From Camelus ferus (Eukaryota), in NCBI RefSeq assembly GCF_009834535.1, contig NC_045696.1, forward strand, positions 115,880,001-115,944,000: DNA of 64,000 bases, read 5' to 3'. Below the pieces are notes generated by a model that worked only from the letters and a program-made list of their open reading frames with translations, had not been told where the DNA came from and searched no databases. A program made the position numbers and the translations under genes. Positions 24,620 through 36,740 of the stretch are shown here, piece by piece. Numbering within the stretch: the first letter of the stretch is position 1; each line of letters opens with the position of its first letter.

Positions 24620-27600
24620 ATCTCTCCCCAGAGGTCAGGCTTTTGCTCCCAGCACTCCACCAAAACTGCTTCCCTCAGGGTCACCGAGACCTCCCTGTTG
24701 CTACATTCAAAGGTAAATTCTCAGTCCTTTTCTAACTTGACCGATCAGCAACACTTGGCACAGTTGGTAACTCTTTCCCTCTTTTTATTTTTGGTTGAAG
24801 TATAACCCCCAAATGCACATAGTTTAAGTGCACAGTTCAATAAGTTTTGACAGTTGCAGACATTCACATAAGGACCACCCAAAACAAGACATAGAACATT
24901 TCCATCACCCAGAAATTTTCTCTGTATCCCTTTCTGATCAATCTCCACACCCTTGAGAGGCAGCCACTTTCTGACGTCAGTTCTCATAGGTGACTTTGCC
25001 ATGGATCATTCTTGTACTTCATACAAATAGTTACGATTCAATATGAATTACTTTGTTTTTTTCCTGATTTCTTTTGCCCAATATAGGGTTTTGAGATTCT
25101 ATACTATAATTAGTTCATTTATCCTTCTGCTGCTGGGTGTTTGCGTTGATTCTGGTTTTTAGCTATTATGATTAAAGATGCTATGAATGTTCTTGCACAA
25201 CTCCTTTTGGAACTTTTTTTGACCGCATTAAAGATTTGGTCTTCATCTTTGGGTTAGCCTAACTTTGACGATGCTGTGCATACATCTGTATGCTTTTCTT
25301 TTTATACTGCTTGAAGTTGGCTGATGTTCTTGGCTATATGGGTTGATGTCTTTCATCATTGTTGGAATATTCTTGGCCATTATTTCCTCAATTAATTTTT
25401 TTTTCTTGCCCCTTTCTCTCTTTTCTGTCTTAACTGAGACTTAGGTCTTTGTTAGACTATTTGATATTGTCCTACAGAGCTCAATTCTTCTGGTTTTTTT
25501 CCCCCCTATTTGTATTTCTGTTCTGTACATTGTATTGACCCATCTTTCAAATTCACAGATTCTCTCTTCTCACTCATCTGCTATTAGTCCCATTTGATGA
25601 TTTTTTTTTAATTTTAATTCTAGACTTTTTCATTCTTATGTACAGTTTTCATGTCTCTGGAAAAATAGTCCATTTCTTTATACACATTATCTTCTCCAGT
25701 AGATTCTCACAGCATTTTTATCTGAGTTGTGTTGAAGTTCTCTCTGATAACTACAATATCTGGACTATCTCAATATCTACTTCTGTTTACTGTTTCCTCT
25801 CATGACCACAGGCCACATTTTCTCACTTTTTTACATGTCTCATAACTTTTTATACGTTTTGTATAAAAGGACATTAGAGACTGAAGTGAGCAATTTTTAT
25901 CTCCAGAAAGGGGCACACCCTTTCTTCTTATCACACTGCTAGAATGGGTGAGGCCAATTCTATCCACAGGGGTTTTGTTGCAGATTTAGTTTAATATTTC
26001 AAGGTGGGATTTAGAACATTTCCTTTTAGCAAGGCATAGGTGAGATTCTGGACAGCTCTGACTCCCTTACAGCATCCCAAACAACGGGACATCTGCTTTG
26101 CAATCAGGCTGCCAGCTTTGGGGTCCCCAAAGAGTTCTCTTCATTCTCCAGTTCTGTCCTGAGATTCCTGCACCTCGGAAAATCTTTCTCAGCTTTCCTA
26201 CACTTCAACCAGCCTTCGGAGGCTGGCTTATCCTCTACAGTATCTCAGAGCACTTTGCTGAGGTTTTCACCCCATCTTCCTTCTAACCCCGAACTTCGGC
26301 GGCTGAAGCCCAAGGGCTCTGGTGGATCTCACTTCGCTTTATTACCATGCTCGCAGTCGTTGGAGGACCGCTGCCTTGCACTTGGGAGAGAGTCTGCACA
26401 CTTCACGGAGATCTCTCTGAGCTGTATGTCCCTGTCTCCAGCCTGGCGTACTAGCTGTGTGCTTCACAAAGGCCCACTGGAAACTGTGGGCCAGTAGATG
26501 GAGACTGGCTCTGTGGACAGACTCTTCAGAATTCTACTTACATGTCGCGTGGCAAAGAGAAGTCTGTTAAAAGTTCAGCTGGCTTACCTTATGGACACGT
26601 ATGGCATATACTTCCTTCTCCCACTGCTCTCCCACTTTTAAGAACAACTGGACCTTTTCTCTCCTACGAAGAATTCATCACTTTCTGGAATTGGATTAAT
26701 GCTGAGCTTTCTGATTTTTTTTTAACCTATGATTTTGGTAGCTTATCTAGTTTGTTTTAAGATAAAAGGAGCAGTCTTTTTCAATTTTCCATGTAACAGT
26801 CAGAACTCCTCTCCCCTCTTTGATCACACTGTCTACATTTGGCTTTGGAGACACCAAGCAGTCTCAATTTTTTTTTTTTTTTCATTTTAATGCGTATTCT
26901 TTCTCAGGGTCTGCTGCTGATTCCTTGTCTTCTTTCTGGTGTTTTAATGTTGGAATATTTAGGGGGGTTATTTTCTTTGTTCTTGATTTTCTATTCACAC
27001 TCCCTCCCTAGGTGATCACATCTAGTCCTCATGGTCTTAACATTCCATCTATATGCTCACAAATCCCAAATTTATCATCTTCTCTCAAATTCTGGACTTG
27101 TGCACCCAACTACTAGCACCTGCCCTTGAATGTACAAGAGGTATTTCAAATTCAACATGTTCAAAACTGCACTCTTTCTTCATCTTTCTCCCTCTCCTGC
27201 AACAATATGTCACATTCACCGAGATTTCCTCCTCTCGGTTAACTCGCTGAAATTGTTCAGGACAAAACCTTGGAGTCCACCTCCACTGCTGTCTCTTATA
27301 CCTCAGAGCCAACTCATCAAATATACCCATCAGCTCAATGCTTCTTTTTATCTCCACTGCCACTTCTCCGACCCTAGTCTCCATTGGCGCATTCAAGAAT
27401 TATTACAATAATTGCTTAACGGCTTTTTCTCTTGCTTTTCTATAGTTTATTTCCAAGACAATATCCAAAGTGATCTTCCTAAATGTAAGTCAAATCTTAC
27501 TGTTTTTCTACTCAAAACTGCCAATAGTGCTTTAATTTACTTGGAGCAAAGCCACAATATTTGTAAGAGTCAACAAGGGTCTACATGCTTCGACCCCTTG

Positions 27601-28066
27601 TTCTAATTTGTCTCCCAGTACTTTCTCCCTCACTCCCTCTCTCTACAACCACATTGGCCTCTTTTCTGTTTGTTGCTCCTACTTTGACCCTCTGTTGAAG
27701 TTATTGCCTTTACCTGGAATGACTCTCCTCAATGTCTGCCTGGTTAACTCCCTCTTCCTCAATTCTTTATTCTTTTCTGCTCAGTGAGGTCTGCCCTAAC
27801 CAGCCTGCATGATACTGTTTCTGCATCTACCCAGCATTCCTACTTTTCCTTTCCCTGTTCTCCTTTTAATTTTTTTCATGTCACCTATTGATTATAATCT
27901 ACCACATAATTTTCTCAGTCACTGTTATTTTCTACAGGCCTTTTGTAAGAATTTAGTCCCCATGAAATCAGGGATTCTTGCATATTTCGTTCACCTATAT
28001 TCCATGGGCCTAAAACTGTGTCAAATGCATGGTACGTATAGCTAAGTATTTGTCAAATGAATGAAT
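24620..28066 (+). mobile_element. L2 LINE remnant (about 24620-24782 and 26810-28066) split by an old L1
   Basis: CACTCCACCAAAACTGCT..GGTCACC..TCAGCAACACTTGGCACAGTTG; later CTCCCTAGGTGATCACATCTAGTC, TCAAATTCAACATGTTCAAAAC, terminal TAAGTATTTGTCAAATGAATGAAT. Confidence 0.85.
24783..26805 (-). mobile_element. Ancient L1 (L1ME/L1M4-like): 3'UTR joined almost directly to ORF1 and 5' region
   Basis: 24790-25210 reverse 3'UTR/ORF2 end (GAACATTTCCATCACCCAGAAA, GCTATGAATGTTCTTG); 25225-25850 reverse ORF1 (GGAATATTCTTGGCCATTATTTCCTCAA); flanks aactctttccctc / aactcctctcccctc. Confidence 0.75.
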
Positions 28067-28085
28067 ACTTTAAAAACACCTTGAG

Positions 28086-28167
28086 TTTTTAATTTTTTAT
28101 TTTATTATTGAAGTATAGTCAATTTACAATGTTGTGCTCATTCCTGATATATAGCACAGTGATTCAG

Positions 28168-28211
<44 letters not shown>

Positions 28212-28391
28212 CTTTTCATATTTTTTATTATAGGTTATTAAAAGATATTGAACATAGTTCCCTATGCTATACAAAGGACCTTGTTTATATATTTTATATA
28301 TAATAGTTAGTTCCCACAAATCCCTGAACTCCCAATTTGTCCCTCCTTCCACCTGTTCCCCCCTGTTAAGCATCAGTTTGTTCTCTATATC
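28086..28391 (-). mobile_element. Young L1 3' fragment containing (TA)n
   Basis: TTATTGAAGTATAGTCAATTTACAATGTTGTG...GATATTGAACATAGTTCCCTATGCTATACA; (TA)n 28169-28209. Confidence 0.93.
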
Positions 28392-28899
28392 CAATTTTAT
28401 TGAGACTGGGAATTCTGTTAATGCAACTCTATCTACTTCTTAAGCAACTGACTTTGAGTGTAATCATTTCTCTTTATTAAGAAAGATAAAAAGTATTACT
28501 GCCTAATAATTACTTTAATTTCATTTGCTAAAAGACCCATAAAATTTTGTTGTGCATACAGACTGATGCAGTAAATAAAAATAACCTGTAGTAGTTATTT
28601 TATATAATGTTCAAAAGTTGTTTATATTGGATTATGGCTTCCCTGATGAAGGAAAATGTGTTAGAACACTAAAACAGTTTTGAAAACAGGATGAAATTCT
28701 CAACTAAGACATTGTCAGAATAGCTTACTAGTAGTTTTTATTTCACCAAGCCTGCAGACTACTGGAGATTATTTGTCTCCCATGTTTCCATAAGTCACAG
28801 CTCCGTGACTTAGTCTATATCTTGTTAATAGAATCCTAAATCACAGTTAACTACATTCATTATATAAGGAACTATATGGAAGACAAGGTAATAAATTGG

Positions 28900-29125
28900 A
28901 AAGAACATGAGCTTTTCTGTCACAGGTATCAAGGTCACAGATATCCATCATGTACCATCTGGGTGACCTAGAGTAAGTTACTTAATCTCAGTTCAACTTA
29001 GTTTTCTCCTCTGTAAAGCTGGAATATTAACATATCTCCTACATGTGTATTATGAGGAGTAGATGAAATATTATATGTTATAGTTGTAGTTACGCAGTAA
29101 ATTATAGTTTCTGACACAAAATAGA
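28900..29125 (+). mobile_element. MIR SINE
   Basis: GGGTGACCTAGAGTAAGTTACTTAATCTC..TTAGTTTTCTCCTCTGTAAAGCTGGAAT..TATGAGGAGTAGATGAAATA. Confidence 0.8.
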
Positions 29126-29984
29126 GGCTTAACAAGTAGTAACCATTGTTTTTGTTTTGTACTTAATGACACATATACGTGTATTATATATTGTATATGG
29201 TAACATATAATAGCATACGTATCTATGTGTTCCATATCCAATGTCCTGTTCAGTGACATTAATTAATGTACTCTTAAGTATCAAAGCTCTTTGAAACTCC
29301 CAACCAAGGAAGCAGCTGTTTGTAAGACTTTTCTCTCCTGAAAACATGGATTTTGAGAATAATACAAATCCACAGAACACTGAGGACTGCCTTACTAGAG
29401 ACAGATTAGTGATATCACTCAAAATGGCCATGATCAGAAATAGACATTAGGCAAAAGCAAGAACAAGATTTGGCTAGAGACGAATTGATAGCATTAACAT
29501 GACAACAGAATTATATGATCTGCCTGAAAATAAGGTTTATCCTAGTGATGGGACTGCGTCTTGAATGTCCAGTCGTGTAGACGGGAAGGGGTACCACCAG
29601 TCAAGGTCAAGCTGCTAGAGTCCTTGGTAGACACACTGCCATGGAACAGAAATAGGTCTATCAAGTTATTATTTGATAATGTGTGATGTTAAAATTATCA
29701 AAAACTCTCTTACCATCAGTTAACTTCCATCACTCTAATTCCAGGCTAACTGAAAAAAACCTCCTGATTCTACCCTGCCTTCCCTTCAGGGTATCCAACA
29801 GAGACTGAGTATGCTACCACCAGTGGTCTGGTCCAGGAGGCAATTAAATTTTTCATTATAAAGAGATAAGCTTTGATTATTGCTTCTAAATCAGTTTCTG
29901 GAGAATCGAATTGGTGTGACTCTATTGAGATATTAATCATCTCTGGAAGCACTGTCAAAAGCCAACACAGAGAAGACCTTCTTT

Positions 29985-30172
29985 CTCAGTGACCTAAATG
30001 TCTTCCTGTATGACCTTAAACAAGTAACCTCAACTTTCTGAGCTTAAGTGCCATATCTGTCAAATGGGAATGATAGGAAAAATGACTTTTGAGGTTTGAC
30101 GTGAAGAGTAAAGGAAATGAGGCAATAAAAGCTCTTAGTGTGATTTTGGTGCATAACTATCATTAGTGCTGT
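29985..30172 (+). mobile_element. MIR SINE
   Basis: CTGTATGACCTTAAACAAGTAACCTCAACTTTCTGAGCTTAAG..CATATCTGTCAAATGGGAATGATA. Confidence 0.8.
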
Positions 30173-30223
30173 TTTACAATTACGACTGGAGAATTGTTGA
30201 CAGAATAAAGTAGCATCTCTTGA

Positions 30224-30383
30224 CATGCTTCTCAAACTTTAACGTATATATAAGTCCTGGAGGTCTTGTTGAAATGCCCATCAGATTTCAGTAGTTCTGG
30301 GATGGAACTAATTCTGCATTTCTAACACACTTACAGGTGATGTCCATCCTTCCAGTCCAGAGGCCACACTTTGAGTAGCAAGG
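30224..30383. mobile_element. MER5-type hAT-Charlie DNA transposon
   Basis: CTTCTCAAACTTTAAC..GTCTTGTTGAAATGC..ATTCTGCATTTCTAACA..CAGGTGATG..CCACACTTTGAGTAGCAAGG. Confidence 0.85.
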
Positions 30384-30629
30384 CTATGGATTAGATACCC
30401 ACCATGCCGATCTATCAAGCCCAGAAACTTTTATAGAAATACACCTAACATCTCTGATCTCCTTCACTGTTTAGATGAGCATCACATATGTGACAGTGGC
30501 GCTGGCTGCTTTGAATCTACAGCACCAGCTGGCCATAACACCAGAGGGACATGTGTGCACTGGTGTAATTGTCCCTTCAAGTCTCCCACTCTCCGATAGT
30601 TGGCAGCAGGAAAATGAGGCACAAGAGGA

Positions 30630-31209
30630 TGTTCATGTCCCAGCCCTCGGGGAGTCCCTAGGACGCTCCCTGCCAAGTGAGGGTCCTTGCCTTTGCCCGG
30701 GAAACAATTCAAAAGCGAGCCAAAGTAGAGTGAAAGCAGATTTATTCAGGGAGATACACACGCCATAGACAAAGTGAGGGCCGTCTCAGAGGATGAGAGC
30801 CCCTAGGAGATACACACTCCATAGGCAGAATGGGGTCTGTCTCAGAAGCGAGAGCAACCCTGGGGTGCTGAGGGGGTTAGTATTTATGGGCTGGGTATTT
30901 ATATGCTAACAAGTGGGAGGATTATTCCAACTGTTTTCAGGAAGGGGCAGGGATTTCCAGGAATTGGGCCACTGACTACTTTTTGGCCTTTTATGGTCAG
31001 CCTTGAAACTGTCATGGCACCGGTAGGTGTGTAATCTATCATGCTGATATATTACAATGAGCATATAATGAGCCCCAAGGTCTACTGGAAGGTGAGTCTT
31101 CCACCATCTTGGGCCGAGTTGGTTCTAACCAGTTTATGTCCTATTCTATTTTTCTCAATGTCTGCGTCTTTTTAATGGTTGTGCCCTGTCCCGCTTCCCT
31201 CCTGTCTCA
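30630..31209 (-). mobile_element. Solo LTR, ERV1-like
   Basis: TG...CA termini; minus-strand AATAAA (tttatt 30741-30746) and TATAAAT (about 30897-30903) in correct order; no PBS or internal sequence adjacent; internal tandem duplication. Confidence 0.8.
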
Positions 31210-32536
31210 GGAACAGCTTTCCCCCTCCTCTCCCCATGAAAAAAGCTGCATCCTGAATTTACCTAAAGTGTAGCAGAAGGCATCAAAAAGCTTTATGACC
31301 TCAAAAGATTAAAATTCTTCAGAAGACAGAAAATCTTGCTGAGGGAGGAAAAGAGAAAATGTTAGAAGGAATTGTAATACACACACACACCAAAAAAAAA
31401 AAAAATGGATGAAAAGAGCATGCAGAACTTCAGATTAAGCTTCTCTGTGAAGATGTGAGCCACATAAGGAAGGAAGCATTAGCAATTCTACAGAGTCTGT
31501 ACAGGACTGAACTCTATAAAGAATTTGAGTTGTAGCGCTGATAATACCAAACAATGAAACGTTATCCTTTTCAAGTTTTTTCTTCACAGATAAATCCTCC
31601 CCAGTTGGAGCCACCAAAATGTATTTTAATCAGAACCTTATTTGTATATAAATGACAGATAAAATATAGGCGAGCATTTTTTTCTTTCTCTGCATAGTTG
31701 AACATTTCTTTGAGGAATGGAGACACAATAAAAGAATACTGATTTCTATTAATTTTTTTCTCCTTGCAAGTAAGTTTAGAAGCAAGTCAGTGAACAATTC
31801 TTTACTTTTCCTTTCTTTTATTTTTTTTTTTTGCTCCTAATTCTCCCTCCAGTCAATTTCTAATAATAAGGGAATTATGTACACATAGTATTAACACAAA
31901 CATATTTCTTTAGTGAACAAAATGGCATTATGTTGCAAATGCTCAACTTCTGCCTCCTATCAGAAGTCAGAAGAGGCAAATTCCAATTTCAGTTATTCAG
32001 GGGTCATTCCAACTTACCAGTGTCAGCAAATAAGGGTCACTAATTACCCATTGACAAAAGTGGCTCTCACCAGTTGATAAAGTATAATGCACTCAAACAA
32101 ACAAACAAAACCAGAGAAAAAATCTGAAGGCAAAGTTTGCTCCAAAGTTACACAGAGCCACCCAAAACCAAACTGAACCTTAAGGAGTTAAGGAGTATAA
32201 TATTAAAAGGAAAATATTGCATGCTTACTAAGCTATCTCCGTAAGCAGAAAGGTGAAATAACTGTGCATGCCAGTGAAACTCTAAGAGCTTTTTCTCTGA
32301 ATTTGCACTTAATTTTTCACTTTTTTTTTTTTTTGAAAAGGTGAACGAAATGAGTTGCTTGGGTCATTAGCAGAAAGTGCTATTATAAGTGCGTCAAGGA
32401 AATCAAACCAAGTCCCCCTTAAAACTGAGCTCTTCTGCTGAGTTCGTGATCTATCTCTCTGTCCAAAACTTTTTTCCCTTTCTAGCTCTGCTCTCATTCC
32501 CCTCAGGATTGAAGAGTATCAAAGAAAAGGGGAGAG

Positions 32537-33222
32537 TGAAACCAAGCAGGACCTTGTGGGGCCTTCCCAGGTACAAAAGCCCCTCCATGTCCCCTACTTC
32601 TCATGCGTAGAAAAAACAGGCTTTAGTCTCCTAGACCTTCCATTCCAAAGAGCAGGCTCAAGCAGTTAGTAATCAGGACAATAGAGTCATAGGACTCCCA
32701 GTTCCTCCTGAAGGGATGTAGGTAACAATCTGATGCACATCTTTGAGCCGTTCTGTAGAAACTAAGACCCTCACCCAGGGGGAGGATGGTGACTACACAC
32801 TGACCACAGGCACACAGACCCGACTGGTTGGAACCAGAAGGTTGAGATTCCTGAAGCATCACCCTGTTATCTCACCACCAATCCATCCAAAGAAGGTCCA
32901 CAAGCTGATCATGCATCCTACAACCCTCTCCCTAACACTGTCTTTAAAAACCCTTGCCCAGAGGAAAAAAAAAAATATCGGAATCACTTTGCAGTACACC
33001 TGAAACTAACATTGTAAATTGACTAACCTTTAATAAAAATAAGAATTAAAAAAAAAAGAAAAACCCTTGCCTGAAAGTCATTGGGGAATTTGTGTCTTTC
33101 GAGCATAAGCTGCCCGTTCTCCCTGCTTGGCGCCCTGCAAATAAAGCCATACTTTGCTGTGAACACCACTGTCAGAGCTTGGCTTTCTGTGCGGTGGGCA
33201 CACGATCCCTTGCTCAGTAACA
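32537..33222 (+). mobile_element. Solo LTR, ERV1-like, interrupted by a short L1 tail
   Basis: TGAAACCAAGCAGGAC...CAGTAACA termini; TATA-like TTTAAAAA at 32943, AATAAA at 33140; no PBS after 33222. Confidence 0.8.
32959..33058 (+). mobile_element. Short L1 terminal fragment inserted in the LTR
   Basis: GAATCACTTTGCAGTACACCTGAAACTAACATTGTAAATTGACTA + A tail; perfect 13-bp TSD aaaaacccttgcc (32946-32958 / 33059-33071). Confidence 0.88.
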
Positions 33223-33769
33223 GAAGCAGCCTGCAGCTGATGCCATCACCTTCCTTGAAAACATCACCTGAACTCTCTCTCCCCCAACACATCTTGCATA
33301 GATTAAGTTAACCTTGCTCGTTCATTTTGCTCTGGAGCTTGGCGGTCACAGTTGCTCTGGTTGTGAGAAGCATCTTCCCCATCTATTCCAGAGAGACATG
33401 GCCAGCCCATCCCTTCCCGCCATCACAGCCCAGGACATTCTTCACAGTTTTCTACCTTGAGCTGCTCCCTCAGGAGGGAGAGCTCCAGAAACGCTTCAGG
33501 AATGCTTTCTATGTATGAAAAAAAACCTCTTACCCAAACTTCTTAAAATGAGGTTGTATAAGAGAGCTTTCTCATTCATCCAGTGAAGTTTCGATTGTTC
33601 TAAGTAACTGGACAAATTGTATGTCATCTGGTATGTTATGAACTCATTAAGAAATAAAGAGCATCGCCAAATGAGAGTGTGTAAGATCAAGGCACTTGGA
33701 AGCAAGACTATCACATAGATAACAATGTAAACTGTTTAATCAGGACTGGTATCATTTTAGTTTTTGGCC

Positions 33770-34190
33770 AAAACCCTAAAATACGTCAGTGAAATGGATT
33801 GACAGGGGTCTTAATAGCACTTATGACACGGGATTTGCACAGAGAGAAATCCAGACCTGGCGACTTAATCGTGTTGAGAGCCTCATCCATCTTACCCGAA
33901 GAAAACAGCTAATCTACTTTAGCACCGAGTTCATTAAAGACTGATTTTTTTCCTCCACCCCTGTGGGAGAGGCGAGGTCTGAGATAAGTCACCTTCAGCA
34001 AAGTATTTGCACACCGTTGCCCTGACAGGTGACATGACAGCTCACAAATAAGAAAGCACAAGAATAGAGAAGCCGTATATATTTTCCAAAACACAAACAA
34101 ATTGGCATTACTCGAAGGTTGCTGACACACCGATTGGGGATTAGTTGATGTAAGATGCTGAGAGATAATTAAGTGGTCATCCAAATGGAA
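33770..34190. promoter_or_regulatory. Candidate enhancer-like element with clustered TALE (Meis/Pbx) motifs
   Basis: GATTGACAG 33797-33805; TGACAG-GTGACA-TGACAGCT 34023-34042; GATAA sites; repeat-free. Function is inferred only. Confidence 0.35.
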
Positions 34191-34896
34191 ATAGGGAGTG
34201 AAGGAAGAATAAAAAAGGGAAGAGATGAGCTATGCCTGCAGCTTGAGATGGTGATGCAGTCCAGCAAGGTTCTGCCGGGACGTTCCATGCAAGGGAGTGA
34301 CTAATAACAGGGCACAGCCCGGGGGCTGGAAAGGCTTCAGAGATGAACGAAAATCTAAACACAGAGCCATCGTTGTTGCCATAAAGTTTGTTTCAAGGAA
34401 TAACTTTTTTAGATGTGGATGACCTGACCTACAAAGCATCTTCAAGATCTGACTGTGGCAGGATGGGGGAGGGAGGTCTCAAGACCTGGGAAGAAACAAG
34501 GTCTTCGGGGGTTTTACGAAGATGAGGCAGCCATAAAGGGGGTCTTGATAGTCACAAGTGTGTAGTCGAGACAGGTTTTGTGAAGAAACTATTCCTGCTA
34601 ATGACGCATGAACCAGGCGAGCTATCTGCCAACGTCTTGGGCAAAATTAGGCACTGGTGTGGAGTCTGGTTTTTGCACAAGTGGTTCAGGTGAGAACCTT
34701 CCAAGCGTAAAGGCAAAGAGTGTGATTAAACAGTGACCAGACCCCAACAGGCACAACAGTAAACCTGCACCTGAGCAAAAATTAAAGGCAAAATATATAA
34801 TAACTGTGATATCAAGAGCACAAGGCCTGGGTTTGATGAGCTCTACCTGTGTGAGCCTAGAAAATTGGACTCCCTGAGCCGAATCTGTGATCGCAC

Positions 34897-35100
34897 CTTA
34901 TTGAACACCCTGCTCTGTGCAAGGCCTGGTTTAAGTGCTTTGCATATATGATTTCATTTCATTCCGAAAATAGTACAGGAGTGCTGTTTTAGAGATGATA
35001 AAGTCGAGGAGCAGGAGAGGTTTTTGGAACGTCCTCAAGGTTGCGTGGCTGGTGAGTTTGAATTCACAAGGTCTGGCACCATGGCCCAAGTGCTGGGCCA
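34897..35100 (-). mobile_element. MIR SINE
   Basis: TTATTGAACACCCTGCTCTGTGCAAGGCCTGGTTTAAGTGCTTTGCATATATGATTTCATTT..TTTTAGAGATGATAAAG. Confidence 0.75.
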
Positions 35101-35147
35101 GTCACTTACCTACAGCTACCGCCCATCAAAACCCACAAAATGGCGGA

Positions 35148-35569
35148 CAGGGACCCCTCCCCCTTCGCAAAAGTTCTCTTTACACCGCTCCGCTTTCAGG
35201 TGAGCCCTAAGTCAGGACCTGCCTTTGCTAACCAAAGGACAGCCGGAAAGGGTTTCCGCTCTTGCAAAATAGCAAAAATCGCTTGTGTGTTGCAGCAGGT
35301 GTCAGAAAGGCACCGTCCCCTCCCCCTTGACCCCCAGCAGCGAAAGTCACACCCCGAGCTCCTTCCCCCGGGAGCTGCCCTCAGCATCTCAGCATGAAGC
35401 CACCGCAGCTCCGAGCTGCGTCTGTGAGCACCGGCGCTTCCATCACGATTTATTTTGTGCATTTGTTAGTAAGATGTGTCCTAAGGTAATTGCTTCTTCA
35501 CTTCATGCCGTTTCCCCTTATGAAAGGCTGGAGGGGAACCCTCTACTTTCAGAGACTGGGGGAAGCCTG
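35148..35569. mobile_element. TcMar-Tigger family non-autonomous DNA transposon (Tigger9-like from memory)
   Basis: Imperfect terminal inverted repeats CAGGGACCCCTCCCCCTTCGCAAAAGT / ACTTTCAGAGACTGGGGGAAGCCTG; internal AAGATGTGTCCTAAGGTAATTGCTTCTTCACTT. Confidence 0.65.
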
Positions 35570-35718
35570 GAATTGGAGGATCTTCCTGGAAAGGCTGCCC
35601 CAAACTCAAATACTGTCACATCTATAAAAGCACTGCATAAACGGTAACTCATTATTTAAATTTAGCTGTTGCTAATATAATGGCTCCCAAACAAAATCTT
35701 ACAAGGGCGAGGGCCCTC

Positions 35719-35728
35719 CACACACACA

Positions 35729-35765
<37 letters not shown>
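35719..35765. repeat. (CA)n microsatellite
   Basis: Directly visible. Confidence 0.95.
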
Positions 35766-35766
<1 letters not shown>

Positions 35767-35889
35767 ACTGTTGTCTTCATGCACTATTCTTCTGTTCCCT
35801 TCTCACAGCTGGGCACAAGTAAATGGTGGTGGTCTCTAAGGCAGGACCACTTCGGATTTTAAATACCAGTGATAAAATCTGCAACACGT

Positions 35890-36110
35890 TGGGTACCTAT
35901 TTTATATTTGGCCTCTTACATAGTTTATCTCATTTAATTTTGCCAGTGACTCTATAATGTTTGTGCAACCACCCCTATTTAGAGATGAGGAAGCTGACCC
36001 CTAAACTGTCAATAATTGGTCTCAGTGTTTACACCTAAGTGAGTGAGGAGCTGAGACTCAAACCAGGGCTGTCTTATTCCAAAATATGTGTGCTTTCCAC
36101 CATACCAGAC
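35890..36110 (-). mobile_element. MIR SINE
   Basis: TTATCTCATTTAAT..CCCTATTTAGAGATGAGGAAGCTGA..GAGCTGAGACTCAAACCAGGGCTGTC. Confidence 0.75.
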
Positions 36111-36189
36111 TGGCCCTCAAAAGATGGAAAACCGGAGTTGTTTTGGTTATTCAGTGATTTTTTTTTTTTAAATATTATCACGCACAAAA

Positions 36190-36740
36190 CAATCATGTCA
36201 TTATGTTCACAGATTTTTATGGGTCAGGAATTTAGACAGAACTCAGCAAGGATAGCATAGCTGTGTTTCATAATGTCTGAGGCTTTCTCTGGGGAGACCA
36301 AGAGGGAAGGGAGTGACTCCATATGCCTGGGGGTTAGAATCATCCGGCGGCGTCTTACTGCTGTGTCTAGGTTCTGGACTGGGCTGACATGAAGAACGGG
36401 CTGAGCTGGGCTGCTGACTGGATCACGTGCCCATGACCCCTCCCGTGGCTTGGGGTAATCACAGCATGGCAGCTGGGTTCCAAGAATCATCCCAGGAGGA
36501 GGCATCAGAGAGTGAGCAGGCCAAGAGACCCAGGCAGAAACTGCCTTTTAGGACGTAGCCTTGGGAGCCACACACTTGCACCCTACTCCACTGGTCAGAG
36601 CAATCACAAACTTGTCCAGACGCAAGAGGAGGAGGCAGAACCCTTCCTTTTGAGGGGGAGTGATAAGACCACACTGCAGAAGAGCACGGGGGATGAGAGA
36701 TATTATGGCGGCCATCTTTGGAAAACTCAGTCTGACCCAA
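36190..36740 (-). mobile_element. MaLR LTR (MLT1G/H-like)
   Basis: CACAGATTTTTATGGGTCAGGAATTT, CACAGCATGGCAGCTGGGTTCCAAGA, GGATGAGAGATATTATGGCGGCCATCTTTGGAAAA. Confidence 0.8.

Noticed and set aside
28791..28812. Perfect 8-bp hairpin TAAGTCAC/GTGACTTA (similar ones near 24257 and 29170)
   Set aside because: Short inverted repeats of this size are expected by chance in 64 kb of AT-rich DNA
33128..33135. TGGCGCCC resembling the start of a tRNA-Lys primer-binding site
   Set aside because: Inside the LTR upstream of its AATAAA, and the match does not extend; no proviral internal sequence follows
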